DNA of 64,000 nucleotides from Candidatus Woesearchaeota archaeon (GTDB lineage: Archaea; Nanobdellota; Nanobdellia; Tiddalikarchaeales; Tiddalikarchaeaceae). The notes under the pieces are model-generated. The model did not search any database, was not told the origin of the DNA, and saw only the letters and a program-made list of their open reading frames with translations. Both the position numbers and the translations under genes were made by a program. This document shows positions 8,851 to 18,989 of this stretch, piece after piece. Positions within the stretch are counted from its first letter, which is position 1; each line of letters begins with the position of its first letter. The DNA is taken from NCBI GenBank assembly GCA_964457955.1, contig CAYWEY010000005.1:923-64922 (forward strand), written 5' to 3'.

Positions 8851-10749
8851 ATGAAAATACTAACCTTGCATTCAGATTATATCAAGTTCACTCCAACCAA
8901 GAAAGCATTAAAGAGTGCTGAAAAGATTAAGAAAGTCCAGAAAGAACTTAAGGACTGCTTAGTTGTTTTCACAGCAGTTGAGAAAAAAGATGAAAAAAAT
9001 ATAGATGGAATAGTCAACCAATTATTGAAGGAAGTAAAGAATATTACAGAACAAGTTAAGGCTGACAAAATAGTATTATATCCTTACGCTCATCTTAGCA
9101 GTAGTTTAGCAAGTGCTGATAAAGCAATGGAAGTGTTGGATAAGGCAGAGAAAGAATTAAAGAAAGAATACAAAGAAGTGCTCCGCGCACCTTTCGGCTG
9201 GTACAAACAGTTTGAAGTGAAGTGCAAAGGACACCCATTATCAGAGTTTAGCAGAGAGTTCGGTCCTGAAAGAAAAATAGAGAAAGAAAGAAAAGAAGAA
9301 AGTGAATTCCATCGTTTTATATTATTAGATAAAGATGGGAAAGAGTATGAGATAAGCCCGGAAGACTGGAGAGAAGCAAAAATATGGAAGTCAAAGAAGC
9401 AGAGGATAAAAATGCTGAAACATTTCGTGAGAAACGAACTTGAAGGCAATCCTGAGAAAGAAGCTCCCAAGCACGTTGATATAATGAGAAAACTCGAACT
9501 TTATGATTATGTTCCTGAAAGCGATGTAGGGAACTTAAGAGCATACCCTAATGGTTCACTTATATTTGATTTATTGAAAGATTTTGTTCTGAAAGAATGT
9601 GCTTTAAAACTCGGATGTATGAAACTAAATAATCCAATCATGTATGATCCTCAGGATGAAGTCATACACAAACTTGTTAAGGATTTTCATGAAAGAGATT
9701 ATACATTATTAAGTGAGAAGAAAGAATTCAAACTCAGACACTCAAGTGACGTACTGAATTTTCCGATGTTTAAGAAGATGAATATAACTTACAAGCAGAT
9801 GCCTTATGGAATATACGAGTTAGCACCAAGCTTCAGGCTCGAGAAGAGAGGTGAATGTGTGGGGTTGAAAAGATTAAGAGGATTTGTCATGCCTGACGTG
9901 CACTTTTTCACAAGAACTGAAGAAGAAGGCAGGGATAAGATAAGAGAATTATGCTATAATTTCCAAGAAATGCTTGAAGAAGTGATAGGAACTAAATGGG
10001 TTCTTGGATGGGAGATGGTTGAGGACTATTGGGAAAAACATAAAGATTATTTCAAAAAAATTGTTAAAGAAATGAAGACTCCTTCATTCATTAAATTAAT
10101 GCCTGAAATGAGTCATTATTATGCATTCAAGAACGAGTACCAGGCAGTAGGGCTTGACGGAGCGAACGTTCAGGTAAGCACTCTACAACTTGATGTCAAG
10201 GATGGCGAGAGGTTTGACATAAAATACTTGGACAAAGATGGTGAGAGAAAACCATGCTACATAATACATACTGCACCAATAGGCAGTCTTGAGAGATGCA
10301 TGTACTTAGTGCTCGAGAACGCAGTATATATGGAGGATGAGAATAAAGCACCAATGCTCCCATTATGGCTCAGTCCCGAGCAAGTTAGAATACTGCCAAT
10401 AGCTGACAGGCATTTAGAGAAGTGCGATGAATTATGCGAAGAATTAAGAAAGAATAATGTGCGTGCAGGAATAGATGATAGGAATGAGTCGTTAGGCAAG
10501 AAAGTTTTTGATGCGAAAACAAAATGGGTGCCATACATTATAGTGATAGGTGATAAAGAGATGGAGAAAGAAGAATATCCAGTTACTGTAAGAGAGAAGA
10601 GTAAAGTAAAAAAAGACTATAAAGAAAACATGAGTCTGAAAGAATTAATAAAAGAAATACATAGTAAGACAGAAGGACTCCCGTATCGCCCAATGTATGT
10701 GAATAAGTACGTGAGCAAGAGGCTTGTTTTTGTTGCATGGAGTCAGTGA
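8851..10749 (+). CDS. thrS: Threonyl-tRNA synthetase, archaeal type with N-terminal editing domain
   Basis: Strong SD 'aaggaggt' 8 nt upstream. Class II motif 2 'FRLEKRGECVGLKRLRGFVMPDVHFF'. Motif 3 'HTAPIGSLERCMYLVLE'. N-terminus 'MKILTLHSDYIKF' resembles archaeal ThrRS editing domain. Confidence 0.93.
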   Translation: MKILTLHSDYIKFTPTKKALKSAEKIKKVQKELKDCLVVFTAVEKKDEKNIDGIVNQLLKEVKNITEQVKADKIVLYPYAHLSSSLASADKAMEVLDKAEKELKKEYKEVLRAPFGWYKQFEVKCKGHPLSEFSREFGPERKIEKERKEESEFHRFILLDKDGKEYEISPEDWREAKIWKSKKQRIKMLKHFVRNELEGNPEKEAPKHVDIMRKLELYDYVPESDVGNLRAYPNGSLIFDLLKDFVLKECALKLGCMKLNNPIMYDPQDEVIHKLVKDFHERDYTLLSEKKEFKLRHSSDVLNFPMFKKMNITYKQMPYGIYELAPSFRLEKRGECVGLKRLRGFVMPDVHFFTRTEEEGRDKIRELCYNFQEMLEEVIGTKWVLGWEMVEDYWEKHKDYFKKIVKEMKTPSFIKLMPEMSHYYAFKNEYQAVGLDGANVQVSTLQLDVKDGERFDIKYLDKDGERKPCYIIHTAPIGSLERCMYLVLENAVYMEDENKAPMLPLWLSPEQVRILPIADRHLEKCDELCEELRKNNVRAGIDDRNESLGKKVFDAKTKWVPYIIVIGDKEMEKEEYPVTVREKSKVKKDYKENMSLKELIKEIHSKTEGLPYRPMYVNKYVSKRLVFVAWSQ

Positions 10750-10824
10750 ATAGTAATATTTATAAATAAGTTTTTTTCACTAAATACCTACTTTAAAAAA
10801 TAAAAATAAGGGGTGTTTAATGTG

Positions 10825-12921
10825 ATGAAAAAAATATTGTTAATAAGTATGATTTTCTTATTATTCAGCATTGCTTTCGCAAACCCTGAATATGAAGTCA
10901 ATGCCGGCTTACTGCCAAACACTGGTTTAGGTGCAGGAGATACTTTGCATATTTATGGGGATATAGACCATAGTGGAAAAGGCGCAGTAAATGTTGATGA
11001 TTTTAAAATAAAAATTTACAAATCAACCGATCCAGATTCTTATGAATGGGTTGAGGAGATAGACTATCAGTCGGATTATTCTAATTCTGGAGACTTATTA
11101 TTGGATGGTGTTTTCCATGCAGAGGCAGAGTTAGAAGGAATGACAAAAGCAACGTATAATGTGCAGATAATAATTGATGATGAAGTGAGAAGGATTATTA
11201 GTTTTGAATACAACAAGTTCGAGAGAAACGTGACATTATCAATTAATGAGTGGTATAGGACTACGGGCGGAATAAACGTTAATTATGTTATAGAGAATAA
11301 AGGAGAAAATAATGACACTTATACATTAGTGTTTGAATCTCCAAGAAGTGAAGCGCAGGAAACTGTAAGTATAGGTGAAGTTGAGAACGGAACAGAACAA
11401 GTAGGTTCTTATGTAATAAGAGACAGCGGAGACTTCTTAGCATACGAGTCAAACATATTCGTTGCAAGAGTGACAGGCACGAGCGGAGACGAGTCACTGC
11501 CTTACGTTAGTATTGAAACATCAAACCTTGATGAATTAGAAATTGATGCTAGTGTTAGTTTTCTTGACGATTGTAGTGCAAAAGAAAGAGAAACAACAAC
11601 ATGCAGTTTCAAAGTTGAGAATAACGGGGATTATCCGTTAGATTTTGATGTGATTGCTGACAGTTCTCTAAATACAGAAATAGATTATGATTCTTCATCA
11701 CTAAACCATAGTGATGCGAGAACAGGAATAGTCAGCATAACAGCAGAAGAAGGAGACAAAGGCAATGAACCCCTTACTCTGAAATTAATGAATGAAGACA
11801 GTGTTGTAGATACGGATTCACAGGATATTAATGTCTTGGAAGGAGATCCTGTTACTAATGTTACAATAACAAATATGGATATAACTCCATCAAGAGATAT
11901 AATGGAAGGAGATGAAGTAAAGATTAGTTTTGACATAGAGAATAGTGGAGACAATCCTGAATACGTGGATATGAGATACGGAATAGGAGACAGAGGAGAA
12001 GAAGTAAGAAATATGGGATTATTGGACAGCAGTGAAAAAGAATCCAAAAATATAGAGTTTACAGCAACAGAATCAGTGACAGTTGAAATAAAATTAGAGG
12101 ATAGTTCAGGAAGATTGTTTGACACATTCTCCCAGACAATATATGTGGAACCATACAAGTATGAACCATACATTAGATGGCATTCTTCACATAAGTACTT
12201 AATTCAGGGAGAGAATAAGACAAACACTTTAACAATGAGAAACAACGGGAACGTTGAGGATTATTATAAAATAATAATTAATTCTCCATACGCAGCACTA
12301 AGCAAGAGAGTGAGATTAAGTGCTGGAAATGAAAAAGAAATAACAATACCAGTAATAACTCAGGAATCAACAAAAACTGGTGAACACTCAATAAATGCGA
12401 CAGTATGCAGTCTGGCAGGCAATAACTGCGAGTCTGATGTTTTCAAACTCCATGTACTGGAGTTAATAATAGAGAACAGCAGCGTAAGCATAGATGAATC
12501 AGTACAAGTTCTTGACGAACTTGAAGGAGCAGTCTATGAAATAAGTGTTGAAAACAATGAAGGAGAAACACACACTTATAAAGCAGTGATTGGAGATGTT
12601 GAAGGAGAAGTGGAAATATCACCAAAACAATTAACACTTCTTGATAAAGAGGAAGGAACATTCTTTGTATACATAAAACCTGAAACAAGAAAAGACATGA
12701 ATGTTTCATACAACGTGATTAAAGAAGATGAAATAATTAAGGAAGGAAACCTGACAATAACAACATCAGCGAATCGTCAGGGAGTCACGGGACTCATAAC
12801 ACTCAATAATCTGAGAAATGCAGGATTCCTAGTAATAGGAACAGTAATCATAATAGGATTACTAATAACTGGCTCCAGATTATTAAACCAATCAACATCA
12901 GAACTGAAGTATTGGAAATAA
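10825..12921 (+). CDS. Secreted surface protein with repeated Ig-like/CARDB-like beta-sandwich domains and C-terminal TM anchor
   Basis: Signal peptide 'MKKILLISMIFLLFSIAFA' when started at ATG 10825; RBS 'aagggg' upstream. The ORF table's 10813 start is a GTG. Recurrent 'xNNGxxxxxY' repeat units. C-terminal hydrophobic helix 'GFLVIGTVIIIGLLITG'. Confidence 0.55.
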   Translation: MKKILLISMIFLLFSIAFANPEYEVNAGLLPNTGLGAGDTLHIYGDIDHSGKGAVNVDDFKIKIYKSTDPDSYEWVEEIDYQSDYSNSGDLLLDGVFHAEAELEGMTKATYNVQIIIDDEVRRIISFEYNKFERNVTLSINEWYRTTGGINVNYVIENKGENNDTYTLVFESPRSEAQETVSIGEVENGTEQVGSYVIRDSGDFLAYESNIFVARVTGTSGDESLPYVSIETSNLDELEIDASVSFLDDCSAKERETTTCSFKVENNGDYPLDFDVIADSSLNTEIDYDSSSLNHSDARTGIVSITAEEGDKGNEPLTLKLMNEDSVVDTDSQDINVLEGDPVTNVTITNMDITPSRDIMEGDEVKISFDIENSGDNPEYVDMRYGIGDRGEEVRNMGLLDSSEKESKNIEFTATESVTVEIKLEDSSGRLFDTFSQTIYVEPYKYEPYIRWHSSHKYLIQGENKTNTLTMRNNGNVEDYYKIIINSPYAALSKRVRLSAGNEKEITIPVITQESTKTGEHSINATVCSLAGNNCESDVFKLHVLELIIENSSVSIDESVQVLDELEGAVYEISVENNEGETHTYKAVIGDVEGEVEISPKQLTLLDKEEGTFFVYIKPETRKDMNVSYNVIKEDEIIKEGNLTITTSANRQGVTGLITLNNLRNAGFLVIGTVIIIGLLITGSRLLNQSTSELKYWK

Positions 12922-12943
12922 AAAGGAGGAAAGATTTTTTTTT

Positions 12944-14536
12944 ATGAAAAAATTCCTCACACTATTTTTTTTATTTTTTATAATTAATGCAGTTTTTTCT
13001 CAAGAAATATGTACGACAAGCACAGACACTGACACTATAATAATAACAAATCATCATACTAAATCAGCCCGTTACGAAATAAGTATGGATGGAAGCCTGG
13101 CAAAATTCACTGAATTAAGCCATGAATCATTCTTTCTTGAACCAGGAGAATCAAAAGTAATAACACTTGAATTCAGTTTTCCTTTCCAAAAAAATTATGA
13201 ACTAAATCTTAACGTGATTAAGAATGGAGCAGAAATTGTTTATGAAAAAGAATATGAATATACTGCTGAGGAATGTCATGAATTAGATGCAGAAATAATA
13301 CAAGAAAACGAGTTCTGCACACTGGATGAGAATAATTATTCAATTAAAGTAATGAACGGAGACGAGTATGAAGAAACATTCAACTTAACAGTGAATAATC
13401 ATACACGAAAAGTCACTCTTGATAAGAATGAGTCAAGAATAATTAATTACACATATTTTGCAGAAGACGTTGATGAAGATGAAATAGTAGTGAATATGGA
13501 GAACTTATACATAAATAAGAATCTTGTTTTCAACCTTAACATAACAAATTGTGATAACTACTTATTAGAAGGAGTGAATAATCATTATGTTTGTGAAGGA
13601 ATAAGTTATGAAAAAAATTTTACTATAAAGAATACTGGAAAACATAAGGATACGTATTATTTTTCAACAAAGTATGAAAACATAGAATTAAAGGATGATG
13701 CTGTGAGTCTTGAGCCAAACCAGACAATGAATATATATTATAACATAAACTCTGGATGCGGTGAATTAGGAATGCACTTAGAAGGAATAAGAATAAGTTC
13801 AGATAATACAGATGATGAGAAATTCTTCAAAATCAATTATGACAACAGTAATTGTTTTGATATGAGTGTAGAACTCCAGCCACTGAATGATTTCTGCGAA
13901 AGAGACAATAAGAGTTTTATAATAATAGTGAAGAATAATGGCACAGTCAATAATGATTATTACGCAATGATTGAAGCAGGAGATGAATCATTGAATAAGA
14001 CATTCATGTTAGTTCCTGGTGAAGAAAAAGAGTTAAGAATAATACTGTACAATATTAGTAAAGAAGAAATAAAACTGAATATTTCAGCAAATGATTACTC
14101 ACCCTGCCCGAATAAGTTTAGTCAAGAAAAGAGTATAAGTGTTCAGAGTTTTGAAAAATGTTATAGTGCTTACTGGGATTCTCCGGAAATATTTTATGAT
14201 AATAAATTATTAATGAAAGTAAAGAATAATGGAACAAGACTGAACAATTACACATTAAGCATATTATATTACAATGAAATAGATAATAATACTTTTTCTC
14301 TAAAACCTGATGAGACAAAGAATTTCAGAATAAAATACTTATACAATATGAGCAGAGAATACAATATAACATCATTCCGTATGAGATTAACAGGACACGG
14401 AGTTAATAAGACCAGAATAATAGAATACTCATCACAAAGAATAACAGGACTAGTTATTCAAACACTGAAGAGAGCATCATATTTTACAGGAGTATTACTA
14501 TTATTGTTAATAATATACTTCTTTATTAAAAAATAA
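12944..14536 (+). CDS. Secreted surface protein, paralogous in architecture to preceding gene (CARDB-like repeats, C-terminal TM anchor)
   Basis: RBS 'aaaggagga'. Signal peptide 'MKKFLTLFFLFFIINAVFS'. Repeats 'VKNNGTVNNDYY', 'IKNTGKHKDTYY', 'VKNNGTRLNNYT'. C-terminal helix 'VLLLLLIIYFFI'. Confidence 0.55.
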   Translation: MKKFLTLFFLFFIINAVFSQEICTTSTDTDTIIITNHHTKSARYEISMDGSLAKFTELSHESFFLEPGESKVITLEFSFPFQKNYELNLNVIKNGAEIVYEKEYEYTAEECHELDAEIIQENEFCTLDENNYSIKVMNGDEYEETFNLTVNNHTRKVTLDKNESRIINYTYFAEDVDEDEIVVNMENLYINKNLVFNLNITNCDNYLLEGVNNHYVCEGISYEKNFTIKNTGKHKDTYYFSTKYENIELKDDAVSLEPNQTMNIYYNINSGCGELGMHLEGIRISSDNTDDEKFFKINYDNSNCFDMSVELQPLNDFCERDNKSFIIIVKNNGTVNNDYYAMIEAGDESLNKTFMLVPGEEKELRIILYNISKEEIKLNISANDYSPCPNKFSQEKSISVQSFEKCYSAYWDSPEIFYDNKLLMKVKNNGTRLNNYTLSILYYNEIDNNTFSLKPDETKNFRIKYLYNMSREYNITSFRMRLTGHGVNKTRIIEYSSQRITGLVIQTLKRASYFTGVLLLLLIIYFFIKK

Positions 14537-14565
14537 TTTAAAGAAAACATTAATAATATTATTCT

Positions 14566-15084
14566 ATGAATAAAGCAATGCTTGTAAAGAATATAGTGAC
14601 AGTTCTTGATGAAAAACTAAGCAACACACTATATAATAAAGGAAGATACGGTGAATTAAAGAATAATAAGCTTGAATTATCACTTGTTGAAGCATTATAC
14701 TTGTATGAGAAGTCAAAAATAAAAATATATGATTACAGAAATAAAGAGATGGATTATAAAAAATTCTTAAGACGCGCAGTGAAGCAAAACCCGCGTTTTC
14801 ATACAACATACACTGTTTATAAAAACTTAAGGAATAAAGGATACTTGCCTAAAACAGCTCTCAAATACGGACTTGATTTTAGACTATACGCTAAAGGAGA
14901 GAAGCCTGAAAAAGCACACGCGAAATGGCTGGTTCATTCAGTTCATGAAAACAATAATTTTTCATGGAAAAATTTTGCAGGCATAATGAGAACAGTTCAT
15001 AGTGTGAGGAAGAAATTATTAATAGGAATTGTTGATAATGAAGGCGACGTCACTTATTACGAAGTAGGATGGAAGAAAAATTAA
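14566..15084 (+). CDS. endA: tRNA-splicing endonuclease (homotetrameric-type, 172 aa)
   Basis: Catalytic block 'YKNLRNKGYLPKTALKYGLDFRLYAKGEKPEKAHAKWLVH' matches the EndA Y..R..GY...G.K.G.DFR.Y...H signature; conserved Lys further C-terminal in 'HSVRKKLLIGIV'. Confidence 0.85.
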   Translation: MNKAMLVKNIVTVLDEKLSNTLYNKGRYGELKNNKLELSLVEALYLYEKSKIKIYDYRNKEMDYKKFLRRAVKQNPRFHTTYTVYKNLRNKGYLPKTALKYGLDFRLYAKGEKPEKAHAKWLVHSVHENNNFSWKNFAGIMRTVHSVRKKLLIGIVDNEGDVTYYEVGWKKN

Positions 15085-16025
15085 ATCCTGTTGCTGTCAA
15101 AACCTTCTGCTCTCAATAAATGAATGAATTCATCAGAACAACCGTGATGAGCATAAACTTTGGAAGGACTGCATTCCTTAATAGTCCTTAATAATTCAGA
15201 AAAATCACAATGATCACTTAATACAAAACTTTTATCAGCACCAACAGAAAAAGTATAACCATTATTAACTGCCCAACCACTGAAAGCAACAGTAACAGTA
15301 TTCTTATCCTTCCTGAACTTCTTAATTATCTTATTCCTTAAAGCAGCTTTTGGAGAAACAACAATATTCTGCCCTTCATTCATCTCATCAATAATTTTTC
15401 TCTCAGCCAGTTCAATTCCGTGATTTCTGTAAATATTATTCATTTTTTTAACAGCACTATGAACATAAACAGGATGATTAAAAGTCTCAGTTATTTTACA
15501 AATATGCTGCGCTTTACCAAGAGAATAACCTAAAAGCAATAAGTTCTTACCTTTACTTAGACAATCTTCTGAAAAATCCTTAAATTCATTGATTACACTC
15601 TTGTAATCAGGGAAAACGTATTTTGGAGAGCAGAAAGTTGTTTCAATAATAAGATTGTCACACTTGACTGGTCGGAATCCTTTCAGAAAACTCCTGTCAC
15701 GAGTGCAGAAATCACCTGTATAAACAGTCTTCTTGCCATCATCTATTATTAATGATTTGCTGCCCAGAACATGCCCGGAATCAACCATTCTGATATGCGT
15801 ATCATTCACACTAAAATCCTTATTTACATAATCACTTATTTTTTTCCTTCTCAAACCAGCAAAATCCTTTGTCTCATCAGAGCAAATAATTTTCTTACTC
15901 GTATTAAATAAGTGGTCAGAATGAGCATGCGACATGAAGCAATAATCAGCACTATTATTATAATTATCAAGGGATATAGTAAGATTTTTATTCGAAAAAA
16001 TTATTCCCTTCTTATTAAGAATCAT
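15081..16025 (-). CDS. Metallo-beta-lactamase fold hydrolase (beta-CASP-like, possible nuclease)
   Basis: 'CFMSHAHSDH' HxHxDH motif. Downstream 'VDSGHVLGS', 'HSAVKK', and 'LSDHCDF' motifs consistent with MBL/beta-CASP order. Confidence 0.6.
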   Translation of the reverse strand: MILNKKGIIFSNKNLTISLDNYNNSADYCFMSHAHSDHLFNTSKKIICSDETKDFAGLRRKKISDYVNKDFSVNDTHIRMVDSGHVLGSKSLIIDDGKKTVYTGDFCTRDRSFLKGFRPVKCDNLIIETTFCSPKYVFPDYKSVINEFKDFSEDCLSKGKNLLLLGYSLGKAQHICKITETFNHPVYVHSAVKKMNNIYRNHGIELAERKIIDEMNEGQNIVVSPKAALRNKIIKKFRKDKNTVTVAFSGWAVNNGYTFSVGADKSFVLSDHCDFSELLRTIKECSPSKVYAHHGCSDEFIHLLRAEGFDSNRI

Positions 16026-16079
16026 TATTTAAGGAAATAATTAAGGACTAATTAAAAAATTATTCCTTTTTTTTGTAAG

Positions 16080-17972
16080 ATGATGAGTGATAGGCGGTCT
16101 GAAAATGGTGATGAGACTGAGGTGATCTCTGATTACAAAAAAAATAAAAAAACTAATATGTTTAATACTATTATGAAGAGAGTGTTATTGTTTTTTTTAA
16201 CCTTGTGCGCTTTAAGCAGTGTTTTCAGCGTTGGTACAAGAGTAATAGGTGTTAGGAAGACATCAACTGGTTTTCAAGGAACAGTAGCGTTTTTAAGAGT
16301 TAATGTAACTTCCGGTTCTGGACACGTTTATGTTGATACACGCCCACTTACAGAAGTTGATACTCAGGCAAGCGCGAGGCTTGCGAGCGAAGTTGCCTGC
16401 AAAGAACTAGATATGAACTGCTCAAATCATGATTTTTTTTACGTAATCAGGGGACAATTCCCTATGATTGGGGGTCCGAGCGCGGGTGCAGCAATGACAG
16501 CAATGAGTATGTGCGAATTATTGAATATTACGCCTTACTCAAACGTTGTACTCACAGGAACAATTAATCCTGACGGAAGCATAGGGCCTGTTGGAGGAGT
16601 TTTTGAAAAAGCAATTACTGCGGACAGTGATGGTGTTGACTTATTTTTAATACCTGTGGGTCAAGCTTATGAAGAAGACACTAATCTCACGAATTACAGT
16701 TTTCCCAATAATATGAAAGTTATTGAAGTTTCAACAATTGAAGACGCTTTCTACTATATTACTGGATACAAAATTGTTGAAGAGAACACAACAATTAATT
16801 ATGAATTGTATGACAGGATAATGAAGAATATGGCTGATGAATTAATAAATTATAATTCCGAAGTTAGTGAAGAATTCTCATCAAATTTGTTAAAAACCAA
16901 CTTAAGTAAGGAGAATAAGACATTGCTTGATAATATTAAGAATTCAACCATTGAGAGGGAGGAAAGAATGAATGAATTATATGATGAAGGAGATTATTAT
17001 AGTGCAGCAAGTTATGCTGTAGGAAACAGTCTGAATAATTTATACGCATCATACCTTATTAATTATTTTTCATCAAATAATAAAACAAATTACTTATTCT
17101 CTCTTTTTGAAGAGAATGAGGAATATTTAGAAGAAGTTGAAAAAAAATTATACAAGAATCACAATGTTGATAATGTTAATGATTTGGAAAGCATAAACAT
17201 TGCTATTGACAGGTATAATGAAGCCCATGACTTATATATTTCTGCCAATAATACTTATTACAACAATAATACTCCAGGAACACTCTACAATCTTGCTTTC
17301 ACAAAAGTCAGGACTAAAACAGCAGATACTTGGATTACACTGATTGATGAATTATCAGGAAACCTTAACATCACATTCAATGTTGATGAGTTTGAATCTC
17401 TTGCTCTTGAAAGAATGGAATCAGCAAGCAATATGATTACTTATGCAGAAACTATGGGCCCGAATTATTACTTAAACACTGCAAAAGAGCATTTTAATAA
17501 AGCAGAGGAAGCTTTTATTTCAGGAAAATACGTTTACAGTATTTTTGAAAGCCTCCGCTCGCTTTCAGCGTCAAATCTTGCGATGCAGTTAAGGGGTTTG
17601 ACTCCTGAACAAATAAATTACAGACTTAATCTTTCAGAAAAACTTGCAAGAGAAGGAATAAGAGAAGCGCAGAAAGAGGGACTGCTTCCAATACTGGCAC
17701 TAAGTTATTTGGAGTACAGCCATACTTTCAGAGAAACAGACTCTGCTCAATCACTAATATTCCTTGAATATTCGAAACAATTCTCCAAACTATCATTAAG
17801 TATGGGTGAGAGAGCAGGAAATTATTATGAAAGTGATGAAGTTAGTATAAGGGAAGGAAGAATATTCCAGCAGAACAATTATAACAATATCACGAATTTA
17901 TTACTGGGATTTGCTATAGGGCTTGTTTTCAGCGCTCTTTTTATAGAACAAGTGTATAAGAAAATATTATGA
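16080..17972 (+). CDS. Secreted/membrane-anchored Lon-like S16 peptidase domain protein (no ATPase domain) with long C-terminal helical region and C-terminal TM
   Basis: 'IGGPSAGAAMTAMSM...LTGTINPDGSIGPVGGVFEKAITA' matches Lon proteolytic-domain Ser-Lys dyad context. Signal/TM 'VLLFFLTLCALSSVFSV'. Many NxS/T sequons. True start more likely ATG 16157 or 16172 than 16080. Confidence 0.65.
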   Translation: MMSDRRSENGDETEVISDYKKNKKTNMFNTIMKRVLLFFLTLCALSSVFSVGTRVIGVRKTSTGFQGTVAFLRVNVTSGSGHVYVDTRPLTEVDTQASARLASEVACKELDMNCSNHDFFYVIRGQFPMIGGPSAGAAMTAMSMCELLNITPYSNVVLTGTINPDGSIGPVGGVFEKAITADSDGVDLFLIPVGQAYEEDTNLTNYSFPNNMKVIEVSTIEDAFYYITGYKIVEENTTINYELYDRIMKNMADELINYNSEVSEEFSSNLLKTNLSKENKTLLDNIKNSTIEREERMNELYDEGDYYSAASYAVGNSLNNLYASYLINYFSSNNKTNYLFSLFEENEEYLEEVEKKLYKNHNVDNVNDLESINIAIDRYNEAHDLYISANNTYYNNNTPGTLYNLAFTKVRTKTADTWITLIDELSGNLNITFNVDEFESLALERMESASNMITYAETMGPNYYLNTAKEHFNKAEEAFISGKYVYSIFESLRSLSASNLAMQLRGLTPEQINYRLNLSEKLAREGIREAQKEGLLPILALSYLEYSHTFRETDSAQSLIFLEYSKQFSKLSLSMGERAGNYYESDEVSIREGRIFQQNNYNNITNLLLGFAIGLVFSALFIEQVYKKIL

Positions 17973-18949
17973 GAAAACATTATCATATAACAAGAAGTTC
18001 AGGAATTCCATTAATAGGAACAAATAATTTTGGTATTATTGACAGGGGAACAAACCTTCTTCAGATTCGTCCCGTAAGCGGATGCGTTCTTGACTGCATA
18101 TTCTGCAGTGTGGATGAAGGAAAATCCTCAAAAAAGAACGCAACATATAGTGTTGAACCTGATTACTTATTGGATTATGCTGAAAGAATAGTTGATTATA
18201 AGGAAACAAATGATATTGAATACCATATAGATGGTATGGGAGAACCATTAATATATGAGGATATTGTGCCGCTTATTAAAGGATTAAGAAATATTAATGG
18301 AGTGAGAAATGTTAGTATGCAGACGCACGGCACTATACTTACATCAGAACTTATTAAGGACTTGGAGAAAGCAGGACTTTCACAACTCAATTTATCAATA
18401 AACTCAATGAATATTAAGTTATGCAGAGAATTATCTAACACTCAGTCATACGATTTAGAGCATGTTAAGAGAATGGCAGAACTTGTTTCAGAATCAAAAA
18501 TTAATCTTATGATAACTCCATTAATAGTTCCTTCATATAATGCTGAAGAAATACCTGAAATAATAATGTTTGCGAAAAAAATAGGAGCAAGTCTTGGAAT
18601 CCAGAAATACATGCATGAAAAACTCGGAAGAAAAGTAAGAGTAAAGGAGTGGAGCTGGAAAAAATTCACAAGACAAATGAAAAAGTATGAAAAAAAATAC
18701 GGTGTTAAACTATTATTGAAAAAAAAAGATTTCAACATACACAAGTGCAAGTCAATACCAATAAAGTTCAAAAAAGGTGAGAAAATCAAGGGAAGAATAG
18801 TTATGGAAGGATGGTTGAAGAATGAAAGAATCATAACCTGCAGGGACAGGTGCATCACAGTATTTAATACTTACAATAAGATAAATGAAACTATACATGC
18901 AAAAATTGTTAGAACCAAACACGGAATTTACTTGGCAAAAAAAATATAA
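17969..18949 (+). CDS. Radical SAM domain protein
   Basis: 'SGCVLDCIFCS' CxxxCxxC cluster motif near N-terminus; ATGA overlap with upstream peptidase gene. No SPASM-like C-terminal Cys cluster seen. Confidence 0.7.
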   Translation: MRKHYHITRSSGIPLIGTNNFGIIDRGTNLLQIRPVSGCVLDCIFCSVDEGKSSKKNATYSVEPDYLLDYAERIVDYKETNDIEYHIDGMGEPLIYEDIVPLIKGLRNINGVRNVSMQTHGTILTSELIKDLEKAGLSQLNLSINSMNIKLCRELSNTQSYDLEHVKRMAELVSESKINLMITPLIVPSYNAEEIPEIIMFAKKIGASLGIQKYMHEKLGRKVRVKEWSWKKFTRQMKKYEKKYGVKLLLKKKDFNIHKCKSIPIKFKKGEKIKGRIVMEGWLKNERIITCRDRCITVFNTYNKINETIHAKIVRTKHGIYLAKKI

Positions 18950-18989
18950 TCAAAAATCTTAAAACTTTAGAGGTTTATATTATTCTTTT

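Noticed and set aside
16080-16171. N-terminal 30 aa ('MMSDRRSENGDETEV...') of the Lon-like peptidase ORF
   Set aside because: Acidic leader before a signal peptide is atypical. An ATG at 16157 or 16172 gives a conventional signal peptide start. Kept the long coordinates but flagged.
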